Position numbers and translations under genes: made by a program. From an uncultured delta proteobacterium (GTDB lineage: Bacteria > Desulfobacterota > Binatia > HRBIN30 > BPIQ01), in NCBI GenBank assembly GCA_963761335.1, contig CAVXGR010000017.1:1-64000 (forward strand): a stretch of DNA of 64,000 nt, in the 5' to 3' direction. Positions 53,306-63,877 of this stretch are shown piece after piece. The notes under the pieces were generated by a model, which saw only the letters and a list, made by a program, of their open reading frames with translations, searched no databases and was not told the origin of the DNA. The first letter of the stretch is position 1. Every line of letters starts with the position of its first letter.

Positions 53306-54877
53306 TCAGGAGCGCACCCGCAGCCGCGCCATCACCAGCAGAGCGGCGACGGCGGCGACCACGCTCCAGCCGAAGACGTCGCCGTATCGAGTGTAGATGC
53401 TCATCAAGGACAGCGGTCGCACCTCGCCGATGAGGACGTCGGCGCGGAACGTTCCCAGCTCGCTGACCACCCGTCCGAGCGGATCGATGATGCTGGTGAC
53501 GCCGCTGTTGCTGGCGCGCAGCAGATAGCGGCGATTCTCCACCGCCCGCCAGAGCGCCAGCGCCTGGTGCTCGTGCGGTCCGGCGCTGTCTCCAAACCAG
53601 GCGTCGTTCAGAATGTTGAAGAGGATCTGCGCACCGGCGCGCGTCATTCGCCGGGGGATGCCGGAGACCACGTCCTCGTAGCAGATCAGCGGTCCGAGCA
53701 CGGCGCCGGGAATCGCGAAGGTGTGGATTCCGCGACCGGGGGTGAAGTCGCCGCTCTGCGGGCTCAAGCGCTTGACGAAGGGGAGCAGGCGCGCCCCCGG
53801 GAGGTACTCGCCAAAGGGCATGAGGATGTGTTTGTCGTAGCGGCCGAGGAGGGCGTCGCCGGGTCCGACGAGGAAGGCGCTGTTGAAGGCCTCGACCTCG
53901 TCGCGATTCAGGTAGCGATAGGACAGACCGCCGTATACCAGATAGGTGCGCAGCCCGGGCAGCGGATGGAGCCGCGGCTCGAGAATCGCGGCATCCGCCG
54001 GCGTCCACCACTGCGCCACCGTCTCCGGCCAGATCATCAGGTCGACCTTGTCCTGCACCTGGCGAGAGATGTCGCGGTACTGCTCGACGTTCACCTGGAA
54101 GAAGGCGGCGTTCTTCTTCTGCTCGATGCTGACGTTTCCCTGAATGAGACCGACGCGCAGTGGCGTCGACTGCCGCAGCGCCGCTTCGATCTGCGGCATG
54201 CGCACGGCGCCGTAGAGGGCGATGGCGCCGACCAGGCCGGCGGCGGCAAGCAGCGGGGCAAAGCGCCGCGGCCGGGCGAGGGCGAGGGCGAGGACGATGC
54301 CGGCGTTTACCCAGAGAATGGCCAGGCTCAGGGCAAACGGTCCGCCGAGGTCGCCCACCTGGATCAGCAGCGGCACAGGAAACTGCGAGTTGGCCATGCG
54401 CCAGGGAAAGAGATTGAGATAGAGGAACTCGAGCGCCGTCCACAGCAGCGCCGGCGCCAGCCCCAGCAAGGCGAAGCCGAGGCGCCGCACGCCGAGGCCG
54501 AAGAGCACGAACTGCCCCGTCGAGTAGGCGGTGAGACACACGTAGAAGAAGACGGAGACCACCATCGGAAATCCGCCGAACACGTGCATGGTGTGCATCA
54601 GCCAGTAGAAGCCGAGGAAGTTGGTGATGAAGCCGGCAAGGGCGGAAGCGATGATCACTTCTCGGGTGCCCTTCGCCTGCCGCAACACCCACAGCAACGG
54701 CACGAACGACACCCAGGCGAGCGGATAGAGTGACGGCGCCAGGAACCCGGCGGCGATCAGCGGCCCGCTGCAAGCGGCCGCCGTGTAGCCTCGCCAGCTG
54801 ATCGTGCCGGTGCGGCTGTCGGCGCCGGCCGATGGAGCGACGGCGACGGCGGCAATCGTCTCGCTACGGCCGTTCAT
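53306..54877 (-). CDS. lnt: Apolipoprotein N-acyltransferase
   Basis: TM N-terminus, IQGNV, WPET, YDKHILMPFGEY, ICYED, NDAWFG. Confidence 0.95.
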   Translation of the reverse strand: MNGRSETIAAVAVAPSAGADSRTGTISWRGYTAAACSGPLIAAGFLAPSLYPLAWVSFVPLLWVLRQAKGTREVIIASALAGFITNFLGFYWLMHTMHVFGGFPMVVSVFFYVCLTAYSTGQFVLFGLGVRRLGFALLGLAPALLWTALEFLYLNLFPWRMANSQFPVPLLIQVGDLGGPFALSLAILWVNAGIVLALALARPRRFAPLLAAAGLVGAIALYGAVRMPQIEAALRQSTPLRVGLIQGNVSIEQKKNAAFFQVNVEQYRDISRQVQDKVDLMIWPETVAQWWTPADAAILEPRLHPLPGLRTYLVYGGLSYRYLNRDEVEAFNSAFLVGPGDALLGRYDKHILMPFGEYLPGARLLPFVKRLSPQSGDFTPGRGIHTFAIPGAVLGPLICYEDVVSGIPRRMTRAGAQILFNILNDAWFGDSAGPHEHQALALWRAVENRRYLLRASNSGVTSIIDPLGRVVSELGTFRADVLIGEVRPLSLMSIYTRYGDVFGWSVVAAVAALLVMARLRVRS

Positions 54878-54924
54878 TGCCTACGAGTAAATGGGGGCGC
54901 GGAAAGAAAGTCAAAGGGGAAGGG

Positions 54925-55003
54925 CCGGGAGCGCCGTCATCTCGGCCGCCTCTGCTCTCTGACGGCCACTTTGCAGCCGGGACGGCGGCGCTCCCGGGCG
55001 GCT
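54925..55003. repeat. REP-like palindromic element, copy 1
   Basis: CCGGGAGCGCCGTC...GACGGCGGCGCTCCCGG hairpin; homologous to 57357-57430. Confidence 0.75.
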
Positions 55004-55397
55004 ATTTCCGTTCCAGCTTCAGGGCGGCGGAGTTCATGCAGTAGCGCTGGCCGCTGGGTGCCGGGCCATCGTCGAAAACGTGGCCGAGGTGGGCGTCGCA
55101 GGCGCTGCAGAGCACCTCGTTGCGCACCATGCCGTGGCTCTCGTCGGTTCGTGTCTCGACGTTCTCCGCGGAGATCGGCTGTGTGAAGCTCGGCCATCCG
55201 CTGCCGGACTCGTACTTGGTCTCCGAGCTGAAGAGCTCGTTGCCGCAGCAGGCACAGCGATAGATTCCGGGCTCCTTGCAGTTGTAGTACTCGCCGGTGA
55301 ACGGCCGCTCCGTTGCCGCCTGCCGGCAGACGGCGTACTGCTCGGGCGCCAGCTCCCGGCGCCACTCCTCCTCCGACTTGCGCACCTTCTCCTTCAT
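55002..55397 (-). CDS. msrB: Peptide methionine-R-sulfoxide reductase
   Basis: [35 protein letters not shown]. Confidence 0.96.
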   Translation of the reverse strand: MKEKVRKSEEEWRRELAPEQYAVCRQAATERPFTGEYYNCKEPGIYRCACCGNELFSSETKYESGSGWPSFTQPISAENVETRTDESHGMVRNEVLCSACDAHLGHVFDDGPAPSGQRYCMNSAALKLERK

Positions 55398-55453
55398 CTG
55401 CTTGTCCTTTCGATTGTGTTCCCGCGTCCAGTCTACGAGCGCCAGCGGCCGCT

Positions 55454-56620
55454 TCAAGTCAAGCTCTCGTATACGGCGTCGATCAGCGTCTGCCCCCGAG
55501 GGTTCAGCAGGACCCCGGGGCCGAGCTGATTCATCACGTAGCCGATGGCGACCTCGGCCACCGGATCGGCCATACCGAAGGATCCTCCGGCGCCGGCGTG
55601 TCCGAATGCCTCGGGATTCGGTCCGAGGAGGGCGCTGTCGTCCGGGCGGTTGTCGATCGTCTTCATGAAGCCCGAGGCAAAGCGCGTCGGCATCAGCAGG
55701 ATCAGGTCTTCTCCTTCGGACTCGACGGTGGACATGGCCTCGACTCTGTCGCGGTCCACGAGCCGCACGCCGTTCCACTGCCCGCCGAGGGCCAGCGGCG
55801 CGTACATACCGGCGAGCCCGCGCGCCGAGGCGATGCCGTTGGCGGCGGGGATCTCGGCGGCGTGCACGGCGCGCGAGTTCGCCTGGCCGGGCATCATCAG
55901 GCCGCGCGGGTTGAGGAACGCCCGCGAGGTGAGCGTCTTGCGGCTGAAGATGGCGCGCGTGACCGGGCTCGGCGGCGACTGCATCGGCGGCATGCGAATG
56001 GTGGCGAGGCGCGGCTCGAGAGGTGCGGGCAGGCCGATCCAGAAGTCGAGGCCGAGCGGGCCGGCGATCTCCTCGCGGAAGAAGGTGCCGACCGATCGGC
56101 CGCCCACCCGCCGAACCACCTCGCCGACCAGCCAGCCGAAGGTGATGGCGTGATAGCCGTGCGCCGTTCCCGGCGCCCAATGCGGCACCTGCGTTGCCAG
56201 CGCCCGGGTCATCGCCTCCCAGTCGAAGATGGTGTCCGGAGGGAGCGGCTCGTCCACGGCGGGCAGGCCCGCCTGGTGATTGAGGAGCATGCGCACCGGA
56301 ATGCGCTCCTTGCCGGCGGCGGCAAACTCGGGCCAGTAACGGGCCACCGGCTGGTCGAGGTCAAGGCGCCCGCGCTCCGCGAGCACATGGGCGCACAGTG
56401 CCGTCGCCGCCTTGGTGCAGGAGAAGATCATCGCCAGCGTATCGGCGGTCCAGGCGCCGCCGCGACGCCGGTCGGTGCGGCCTCCCCAGAGATCGACCAC
56501 CGTGCGCCCCTCGCAGATGACGCAGAGCGATGCCCCGAGCTCGGCGCGCTCGGCGAAGTTGGCCGCGAACGCGTCGCGCACCCGGGCGAAGCGCCCGTCC
56601 GCGCTTCCCTCGACGCTCAT
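55454..56620 (-). CDS. Beta-lactamase-family serine hydrolase (EstA-like esterase)
   Basis: FSCTK (SxxK), [20 protein letters not shown]. Confidence 0.9.
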   Translation of the reverse strand: MSVEGSADGRFARVRDAFAANFAERAELGASLCVICEGRTVVDLWGGRTDRRRGGAWTADTLAMIFSCTKAATALCAHVLAERGRLDLDQPVARYWPEFAAAGKERIPVRMLLNHQAGLPAVDEPLPPDTIFDWEAMTRALATQVPHWAPGTAHGYHAITFGWLVGEVVRRVGGRSVGTFFREEIAGPLGLDFWIGLPAPLEPRLATIRMPPMQSPPSPVTRAIFSRKTLTSRAFLNPRGLMMPGQANSRAVHAAEIPAANGIASARGLAGMYAPLALGGQWNGVRLVDRDRVEAMSTVESEGEDLILLMPTRFASGFMKTIDNRPDDSALLGPNPEAFGHAGAGGSFGMADPVAEVAIGYVMNQLGPGVLLNPRGQTLIDAVYESLT

Positions 56621-56636
56621 CGGCGAGCGCCCGCGG

Positions 56637-57293
56637 CTAGCGCTTGCGGGCGATGGTCAGTCCGTCGGCGATCGGCAGCATCACCGCGTCGACGCGCTCG
56701 TCGGTGACGAGGAAGTCGTTGAGCTCGCGCAGCGCCCGGGTAGCGTCGTCGGCGGTGCTGGCGTCGAGCACCGCGCCCATCCACAGGACGTTGTCGAACA
56801 GGATCAATCCGTTGGGGCGCAGGCGCCCCAGGATCTCTTCGTAATAGTGGCGGTAGTTGACCTTGTCGGCGTCGATGAAGGCCATGTCGAATGTCGTGGA
56901 GGCGGGGAGGGCCCGCAGGGTCTCCAGGGCGGGCCCCAGGCGCAGCTCGATCTTGTGCACCTGCCCGGCCTTCTCCCAGTACCGCCGCCCGATCGAGGTC
57001 CACTGGTCGTTGATGTCGCAGCAGAGGAGCTTGCCGTCGTCGGGCAGACCGCGAGCGACACACAGGGCGCTGTAGCCGGTGAAGGTGCCGATCTCGACCG
57101 CGGAGCGAGCCCCGATGGCGAGGGCCAGAATGGTCATCAACGCGCCCTGCTCCGGGGCGATCTGCATCATGCTCACCGGCCCGAGCCGCGCCGTTTCTTC
57201 AGCTAGAGCGGCGAGCACCGGATCGCGCTCGCTGCGGTGATTGATGAGATACTGGTATAGTTCGGGGGTCAGGTTGAGGAACTTGTCGGGCAT
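56637..57293 (-). CDS. Caffeoyl-CoA-type O-methyltransferase
   Basis: EIGTFTGYS, FIDADK, DNVLW. Confidence 0.9.
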   Translation of the reverse strand: MPDKFLNLTPELYQYLINHRSERDPVLAALAEETARLGPVSMMQIAPEQGALMTILALAIGARSAVEIGTFTGYSALCVARGLPDDGKLLCCDINDQWTSIGRRYWEKAGQVHKIELRLGPALETLRALPASTTFDMAFIDADKVNYRHYYEEILGRLRPNGLILFDNVLWMGAVLDASTADDATRALRELNDFLVTDERVDAVMLPIADGLTIARKR

Positions 57294-57356
57294 CCGGAAA
57301 CCTCCGCTCTGCAGGAGATTACCGTCGTGAGCTGCTCCCGTCTAGGTGCGAATGTC

Positions 57357-57430
57357 AGCGGGGCCATCTTGTCCGCCTCTGCCCTTTGATGGCCACCTTG
57401 CGGCCGGGACGACCGCGCTCCGAGGCGGCT
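57357..57430. repeat. REP-like palindromic element, copy 2 (degenerate)
   Basis: Aligns with copy 1 through CCGCCTCTG...GGCCAC...GCCGGGACG...GCGCTCC...GGCGGCT. Confidence 0.7.
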
Positions 57431-57438
57431 CCCCGCTC

Positions 57439-58614
57439 TCAACGCGCCAGCAGCAGGTACAGCTCGCCGCTGCTGCGCATCGGGCCGGCGATGCGCTCGG
57501 CGGCTTTGCCGCTGCCCCAGAAGACGTCGACGCGCGCCGGTCCGGTGATGGCGGCGCCGGTATCCTGCGGGAAGACGAAGCGCGCCAGCGGCAGCTGGGC
57601 ACCCGACACCCCGGGCCGCTCGGCGCGGATGAAGGACAGCGCCCCCAGCGGATACGCCTTGGGATCGACGGCAATCGAGCGGCCCGGAGTGAGCGGCACC
57701 CCCATGCTTCCGATCGGCCCGACCGGAACCGGGCGGAAGAAGATGTAGCGCTCGTTCTGGTCGAGCAGCGAATCGCGCTCCTGCGGGTGGGCGCGCAGAT
57801 AGTCTTCCAGTGACTGGAGCGAGACGTCCTCGAGCGGAATGGCGCCGCGCTCGACGAGGATCTTGCCGATGCTCCGGTACGGCCGCCCATTGGAGCCGGC
57901 ATAGCTGACGCGCATGAAGGTGCCGTCGTCGAAGCGCAGCAGCCCCGAGCCCTGCACGTGCAGGAAGAAGGCGTCGATCGGATCGTCGAGCCAGGCCAAC
58001 TCCTGCTCGCGCCCAGCGAGGGCGCCCCGCTCGATCTCGGCGCGCGTGTAGTAGGGCCGGAACTTGCCGTCCTTCACCCGCCCGGCGGCGATGGTTCCCG
58101 CGCAGGCGCTGCAGAACTTGCCGAGGTCGATGTCGACGAGGTCGCTCGGCAGCTGATAGAGCGGGTAACGGAAGCGCTCGCTGCGCTCGCGGCTGGCGCG
58201 CAGCTCGGGCTCGTAATACCCGGTGAACAGCAGCGCCCCGGCCGGCGCGGCGCGCAGCACCTGGAAGCGGCCGGCGATCAGCGCCGTCCAGTCGATCGGC
58301 GGTGGGGCGGAGGCGACGGCGGCGCGAAAGAGATCGAGCGTGCGCCTCAGCTCGGCGACGGTGACGGTGCGGTTCGGCAGAGCATAGGTGCGTCCCGGCG
58401 GCAGGCGATCGAGCTGGGCGCGGCTCTGCTCCAAGGCGCGCAGCATCGAATCGCGGTCGGAGTCGTCGGCGAACAGGGGCAGGCGGTCGACCTCGACCAG
58501 GCCGGCCATGGGCGGTGGCGGCGCTTCCGCGAGGTGCAGCGCACCGCAGTGCAGCCCCGCGAGCGCCAGCAGCCCGAGCGCGGCGGCGGAGAGAGACGGG
58601 CGGATGCGGATCAC
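57439..58614 (-). CDS. mltA: Membrane-bound lytic murein transglycosylase A
   Basis: Lipoprotein-like N-terminus; FTGYYEP, FFLHVQGSG, NGRPYRSIG, QDTGAAITG...DVFWG. Confidence 0.93.
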   Translation of the reverse strand: MIRIRPSLSAAALGLLALAGLHCGALHLAEAPPPPMAGLVEVDRLPLFADDSDRDSMLRALEQSRAQLDRLPPGRTYALPNRTVTVAELRRTLDLFRAAVASAPPPIDWTALIAGRFQVLRAAPAGALLFTGYYEPELRASRERSERFRYPLYQLPSDLVDIDLGKFCSACAGTIAAGRVKDGKFRPYYTRAEIERGALAGREQELAWLDDPIDAFFLHVQGSGLLRFDDGTFMRVSYAGSNGRPYRSIGKILVERGAIPLEDVSLQSLEDYLRAHPQERDSLLDQNERYIFFRPVPVGPIGSMGVPLTPGRSIAVDPKAYPLGALSFIRAERPGVSGAQLPLARFVFPQDTGAAITGPARVDVFWGSGKAAERIAGPMRSSGELYLLLAR

Positions 58615-59789
58615 GACTTCTGGTAGGCGCGACTGGCGGCGTCGAGGCCGGCCGCGGGATCGACGCGATGCCCCGCCGGCGGCAGGATACGACCGAGAGC
58701 GCTGAGCAACAGAAGCACGTTTGCCTCGCTGCTCGACTCTCCCATGAGCCCGATGCGCCACACCTTCCCCTTCAGTGGACCCAGACCGCCGCCAATCTCG
58801 ATGTCGTGCTCTTCGAGCAGGCGGCGTCGCACCAGGGCCTCGTCGACGCCTTCGGGCACCGTGACGCAGTTGAGCGTCGGCAGCTGGTGTCCTTCCTGCG
58901 AGGCCAGGGCGCAGCCGAGGGCCGCCAGCCCCGCCTTCAGCGCCTCGTGGTTGCGGCTGTGGCGCGCGAAGCGCCGCGGCAGACCCTCCTCGTGGATCAG
59001 CTGCAGAGCCTCGCGTAGCCCATAGGCCATCGAGATCGGCGCGGTGTGATGGTAAACGCGTTCCTCGCCCCAGTACTTCTCGATCATGGTCAGATCGAGA
59101 TACCAGCTCGCCACCTTGTGGCGCCGCCGGTGGAGGACGTCGACGGCGCGTGCGCCGAAGGTGACGGGCGCCAGGCCGGGTGAGCAGCTGAGGCACTTTT
59201 GCGTGCCGCTGTAACAGGCGTCGATCCCCCACGCGTCGACGTCAACGGGGATGCCGCCCAGCGAGGTGACCGTGTCGACCACGAAGAGCGCCCCGGCGTC
59301 GCGCGCCAGGCGGCTGATGTCCTCCAGCGGTTGCCAGGCCCCGGTCGAGGTTTCGGCGTGCACCACCGCTACCAGCTTCGGGCGCCTGCACCGCTCGAGG
59401 GCTGCGGCGACGTCGTCGGCGTCGATGATCCGTCCCCACGGCGCCTCGACCACCACCGGAGTCGCCCGGCAGCGCTCGACGATGTCGACCATGCGCGTGC
59501 CGAAGACGCCGTTGACGCCGATCACCGCCTCGTCCCCGTCCTCCAGCAGGTTCACCAGGCAGGCCTCCATGCCGGCGCTACCGGTTCCGGAGATGGGGAT
59601 CGTCAGGGCGTTGGCGGTCTGGAAGGTGTGGCGCAGCAGAGTCTTGATTTCTTCCATGATCTCGAGGAAGGCCGGGTCGAGGTGGCCGACGAGCGGCGTC
59701 GCCATGGCGCGCAGCACACGCGGATGAACCTCGCTCGGGCCGGGACCGAGCAGAATGCGGCGGGGAGGACGGAGTTCTTTTGTCTGCAT
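58611..59789 (-). CDS. Alanine/serine--glyoxylate aminotransferase (class V)
   Basis: LLGPGPS, SGTGSAGME, HAETSTG, DTVTSLGG, SGTQKCL, WRIGLMG. Confidence 0.92.
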   Translation of the reverse strand: MQTKELRPPRRILLGPGPSEVHPRVLRAMATPLVGHLDPAFLEIMEEIKTLLRHTFQTANALTIPISGTGSAGMEACLVNLLEDGDEAVIGVNGVFGTRMVDIVERCRATPVVVEAPWGRIIDADDVAAALERCRRPKLVAVVHAETSTGAWQPLEDISRLARDAGALFVVDTVTSLGGIPVDVDAWGIDACYSGTQKCLSCSPGLAPVTFGARAVDVLHRRRHKVASWYLDLTMIEKYWGEERVYHHTAPISMAYGLREALQLIHEEGLPRRFARHSRNHEALKAGLAALGCALASQEGHQLPTLNCVTVPEGVDEALVRRRLLEEHDIEIGGGLGPLKGKVWRIGLMGESSSEANVLLLLSALGRILPPAGHRVDPAAGLDAASRAYQKS

Positions 59790-59860
59790 CGCGGCGTCTC
59801 GGGTGCGGCGTTGATGGCGATTTGCGCTTGTATCTGGCGCTGGATACGCTGTCAAAAACC

Positions 59861-61321
59861 ATGGTCGAGGCGAAGCTGATCCGCGCTCTGCGACAGGTGG
59901 TCGGCGACCATCACGTGGTCGTCCATCCAGCGGAGCTGCGCGTCTACGAGTGCGACGGCTACACGCTCGACAAGGCGGCACCGGAGGTCGTCGTTCTTCC
60001 CGGCTCGTCCGCGGAAGTGGCGGCGGTGGTGCGGCTTCTGGCGCGCGCCGGGGTGCGCTTCGTGCCGCGCGGCGCCGGTACGGGCCTGAGCGGCGGCTGC
60101 CTGCCCGTGCAGGCGCCGGTGACCGTGTGCACCAGTCGCATGAATCGCATCCTCGAGATTGATCTCGCCAACCGGCGCGCCGTGGTCGAGTCCGGCGTGG
60201 TCAACGCCTCGATTTCGAAGGCGGTGCACGCCGCCGGTCTGCTCTACGCTCCCGACCCCTCCAGCCAATCGGCCTGCACCATCGGCGGCAACGTCGCCGA
60301 GAACTCCGGCGGCCCACACACGCTCAAGTACGGGGTGACCACCAATCACGTGCTCGGCCTCGAGGTGGTGCTCGCTTCCGGCGAGGTGGTCGAGCTCGGC
60401 GGCGTGGTCGAGGACGTTCCCGGCTACGATCTCACCGGCTTCACCGTCGGCTCCGAGGGCACCTTCGGCATCGTCACCAAGGCGGTGCTGCGCCTGCTGC
60501 GCCGCGCCGAGGCGACGACGACGTTCATGGCGGTGTTCGACTCGGTGCAGGACGCCACCGAGACGGTCTCTGCGATCATCGCCGCCGGCATCGTTCCGGC
60601 GGCGCTCGAGATGATGGACCAGACCATCATCGAGGCGGTCGAGGCGGCATACCATTTTGGTTTTCCGGCCGATGCCGGCGCCGTGCTCATCGTCGAGCTC
60701 GACGGCCTCGAGGCGGGCGTGGCCGCGCAGACGGCGCGCGCCGTGGCGGCGTGCCGAGACCGCGGCGCGCGCGAGGTGCGCATCGCCGCCGATGAGGCGG
60801 AGCGGGCTCTGCTGTGGAAGAGCCGCAAGCGCGCCTTCGGCGCAGTGGGGCGCTTGGCGCCGAACTACTGCACCCAGGACGGCGTCGTCCCGCGCACCAG
60901 GGTCCCCGACATCCTGCGCGTCATTCAGGACGCGGCGGCCCGACATCGCCTCCGCATTGGCAACGTCTTCCATGCCGGCGATGGCAACATCCACCCGATT
61001 CTGCTCTACGACGAGCGCGACGGTGCGCAGGTCGAACGCGTGCTCGCCGCCGGGCGCGAGATTCTCGAGGCCTGCGTTCGTCTCGGCGGCAGTCTCACTG
61101 GTGAGCACGGTATCGGCGTGGAGAAGATGGACCAGATGCCCCTCATCTTCTCCGCGGACGAGCTGGAGGTGATGCGCCGCCTGCGCCGTGCCTTCGACCC
61201 CGAGGAGCGCTGCAATCCGGGAAAGATCTTTCCGACTCCCGGGGGCTGTGTCGAGACGCGCGCTCGGCGACGTCTCGCCGGCAGGCGCGGGGCCCTCGCA
61301 TCGGGGGGGATCTCCCCGTGA
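59861..61321 (+). CDS. glcD: Glycolate oxidase subunit GlcD
   Basis: PRGAGTGLSGG, PDPSSQ, IGGNVAENSGG, FHAGDGNIHP, GEHGIG. Confidence 0.92.
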   Translation: MVEAKLIRALRQVVGDHHVVVHPAELRVYECDGYTLDKAAPEVVVLPGSSAEVAAVVRLLARAGVRFVPRGAGTGLSGGCLPVQAPVTVCTSRMNRILEIDLANRRAVVESGVVNASISKAVHAAGLLYAPDPSSQSACTIGGNVAENSGGPHTLKYGVTTNHVLGLEVVLASGEVVELGGVVEDVPGYDLTGFTVGSEGTFGIVTKAVLRLLRRAEATTTFMAVFDSVQDATETVSAIIAAGIVPAALEMMDQTIIEAVEAAYHFGFPADAGAVLIVELDGLEAGVAAQTARAVAACRDRGAREVRIAADEAERALLWKSRKRAFGAVGRLAPNYCTQDGVVPRTRVPDILRVIQDAAARHRLRIGNVFHAGDGNIHPILLYDERDGAQVERVLAAGREILEACVRLGGSLTGEHGIGVEKMDQMPLIFSADELEVMRRLRRAFDPEERCNPGKIFPTPGGCVETRARRRLAGRRGALASGGISP

Positions 61322-62598
61322 GCGCCGGCGGCGATCTCGCGGCGGAGCTCGCCGACCTGTCTCATGACGCCGCCGACGGCGTCGCCTGCGCGGTGGATGG
61401 CGTGGCGCCGCAGGCCGTAGTGCGGCCCCGAAGCATCGACGCGGTGAAGGAAGTGGTGCGCCGCTGCGAGGCGCGGGGCCTCGCCGTGCTTCCCCGCGGC
61501 AACGGCACGCGCGCCCACATCGGTCTGCCTCCAGCGCGCTACGACGTGGCGCTGTCGACTTCGGCCATGACGGCCGTGCGCCAGCACAATGCCGCCGACA
61601 TGACAGCCACGGTGGAGGCGGGGATCACCTTGGAAGCGCTCGATGCGCAGCTCGCCGCCGCCGACCAGTGGCTGCCGATCGACGCGGCTCGGCCGCAGAC
61701 GACGACGGTGGGCGGCCTCATCGGTGCCGACGCGAGCGGTGGCCTGCGGCTCTCCCATGGGCGGGTTCGCGACTATCTGATCGGCGTGCGCGCCGTGGTC
61801 GGTGAGGCGCTGGCGGCGCGCGGTGGCGGCCAAGTGGTGAAGAACGTCGCCGGCTATGACCTCGGCAAGCTGATGATCGGGTCGTTCGGCACCCTCGGCA
61901 TCGTCGTCGAGGCGACCTTCAAGGTCTTGCCGCGAGCCGCGGCGGATGTGACCATCGTCGCTGTCGTTCCCCGCGTTGCCGCCGGAATGGAGAGCGCCAC
62001 CGCTCTGCTCGACGGAGCCCTGGCACCTTGGTCGGTCGACGTCGTCGACGCCGCCGCCGCAGCCGCCGTCGGCCTGCCGCATGCGGCGCATCTGATCGTG
62101 CGCTTCGGGGGCGAGACCGCTGAGGTCGAGCAGCAGCTGCACCGCCTGGCCGCCCTGATCGAGGGCGCCCAGCTCGTCGATGCCACGGTGACCTCGCGGC
62201 TGCGCGACTTCAGCCTCGACGGACCCGGTCCGGTCTGCTGCCGCATCAGCTTGCCAGCGCAATCCCTGGCGGCGGCGCTCGCTGCCTTCGAGGCCGAGGC
62301 CGCAGTGTTCGGCCTCGAGGCAATGGTACACGCCCATGCCGGCAGCGGCGTCGCCCGGCTGCGCCTGCGCGGCGATGACGCTGCGCTCGCCACCCTGCCG
62401 GCATACGTCGGCTGGCTGCGCTTCTGCGCCCGCCAACAGGGCGGCTACGTCATCGTGGAGCAGGTGCCGCTGGCCCTCAAGGCCGCTGTCGGCGTCTGGG
62501 GACCGGCGCCCGTGCCGCCCCACCTGCTGCGCCGGGTGAAGCAGGCGCTCGATCCCCGCTCCACCTTCAGTCCTGGGCGCTTCGTCGATGGAATCTGA
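61318..62598 (+). CDS. glcE: Glycolate oxidase FAD subunit GlcE
   Basis: GGQVVKNVAGYDLGKL, GSFGTLG, KQALDP...PGR; lies between glcD and glcF. Confidence 0.88.
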   Translation: MSAGGDLAAELADLSHDAADGVACAVDGVAPQAVVRPRSIDAVKEVVRRCEARGLAVLPRGNGTRAHIGLPPARYDVALSTSAMTAVRQHNAADMTATVEAGITLEALDAQLAAADQWLPIDAARPQTTTVGGLIGADASGGLRLSHGRVRDYLIGVRAVVGEALAARGGGQVVKNVAGYDLGKLMIGSFGTLGIVVEATFKVLPRAAADVTIVAVVPRVAAGMESATALLDGALAPWSVDVVDAAAAAAVGLPHAAHLIVRFGGETAEVEQQLHRLAALIEGAQLVDATVTSRLRDFSLDGPGPVCCRISLPAQSLAAALAAFEAEAAVFGLEAMVHAHAGSGVARLRLRGDDAALATLPAYVGWLRFCARQQGGYVIVEQVPLALKAAVGVWGPAPVPPHLLRRVKQALDPRSTFSPGRFVDGI

Positions 62599-63877
62599 GG
62601 ATCTACTTGAAGTCCCGGCGGGCCCGGGTGCGGCCTCCGGACGGGGTGCGGAACGATGGAACGGACTCCCCGACGAGCGTTTTCTCGACTGCGTGCACTG
62701 CGGCCTGTGCCTGTCCGCATGTCCGACGTACGTCGAGCTGGGCACGGAGATGGATTCGCCGCGAGGTCGAATCTATCTGATGAAGGGGCTGCGCGACGGT
62801 GATATCGCCCCGACGGCGGAGGTGGTCCGCCATCTCGATCTGTGTCTCGGTTGTCGAGCCTGCGAGACGGCCTGCCCGTCTGGCGTGCACTACGGCGAGC
62901 TGATCGAGGCGGCGCGTACGGAGCTGGCGCGGTCGCCGGTGCGGCCGCGTCTGCGGGCCCTGTGGGTGCGCGCGATCCAGGAGGTGTTCCCCTCGGCGTC
63001 GCGGCTGCGGGCGCTCCTGGCGCCGCTGCGGCTGGCGCAGTCGCTCGGCCTCGGAGGGTTGCTGCGGGTGCTGCCCTTCACGGCGCTGCTGCCGGAGCTC
63101 GGCGCCGCCGAGGCGCTGCCGCCGGAGATCGAGGCGCGCGGTGAGGAGCGGCGTCGGGTTGGCCTGCTTCCCGGCTGCGTGAATCAGGTGTTGTTTGCCC
63201 GCGTCAACGCGGCCACGGTGCGCGTGCTGGCGCGCAACGGCTGTCGCGTGCTGGTGCGCGGCGGCGACGGGTGCTGCGGAGCGCTGCACCTGCACGCCGG
63301 TGAACGCCGGCGCGCCCAGCAGATGGCGCGCGTCATCATCGACTCCTTTCCGGAGGACCTCGACGCCATCGTCGTCAATGCCGCCGGCTGTGGCGCCTCG
63401 ATGAAGGAGTATGGCGCGTTGCTGCGGGACGATCCGAAGTACGCGGAGAAGGCGCGGCGCTTCGCCGCCAAGGTGGCGGACGTGACCGAGCTTCTCGCGG
63501 CGCTGCCGGTGGTGCCGCCGCCGCGGGTCATCGCGGCACAGGTCACCTACCACGACGCCTGTCACCTGGCGCACGCGCAAGGCGTGCGCCAGGCGCCGCG
63601 GACGCTGCTGCGCGCCGTTTCCGGAATCGAGCTGGTCGAGCTCGAGGAAGCGGATCACTGCTGTGGCAGCGCCGGCAGCTACAACCTGACGGAGCCGGCG
63701 ATGGCGAAGCGGCTGGCGCGACGCAAGGTCGAGCGGGTCCTCGCCACCGGGGCGCGCTACGTCTTTACCGCCAACCCCGGCTGCGCCTTGCAGATCGCCG
63801 CCGGCCTGCGCCGCGCCGGCTCACGCGCCGAGGTCCTGCACCCGGTCGAGCTCCTCGACCGCGCCTACGAGGAGTAG
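62588..63877 (+). CDS. glcF: Glycolate oxidase Fe-S subunit GlcF
   Basis: CVHCGLCLSACPTY, CLGCRACETACPSGV, two CCG domains. Confidence 0.92.
   Translation: MESEDLLEVPAGPGAASGRGAERWNGLPDERFLDCVHCGLCLSACPTYVELGTEMDSPRGRIYLMKGLRDGDIAPTAEVVRHLDLCLGCRACETACPSGVHYGELIEAARTELARSPVRPRLRALWVRAIQEVFPSASRLRALLAPLRLAQSLGLGGLLRVLPFTALLPELGAAEALPPEIEARGEERRRVGLLPGCVNQVLFARVNAATVRVLARNGCRVLVRGGDGCCGALHLHAGERRRAQQMARVIIDSFPEDLDAIVVNAAGCGASMKEYGALLRDDPKYAEKARRFAAKVADVTELLAALPVVPPPRVIAAQVTYHDACHLAHAQGVRQAPRTLLRAVSGIELVELEEADHCCGSAGSYNLTEPAMAKRLARRKVERVLATGARYVFTANPGCALQIAAGLRRAGSRAEVLHPVELLDRAYEE

Noticed and set aside
55002..55397. Selenocysteine in MsrB
   Set aside because: The catalytic residue is an ordinary Cys (RYCMNS); no in-frame TGA.
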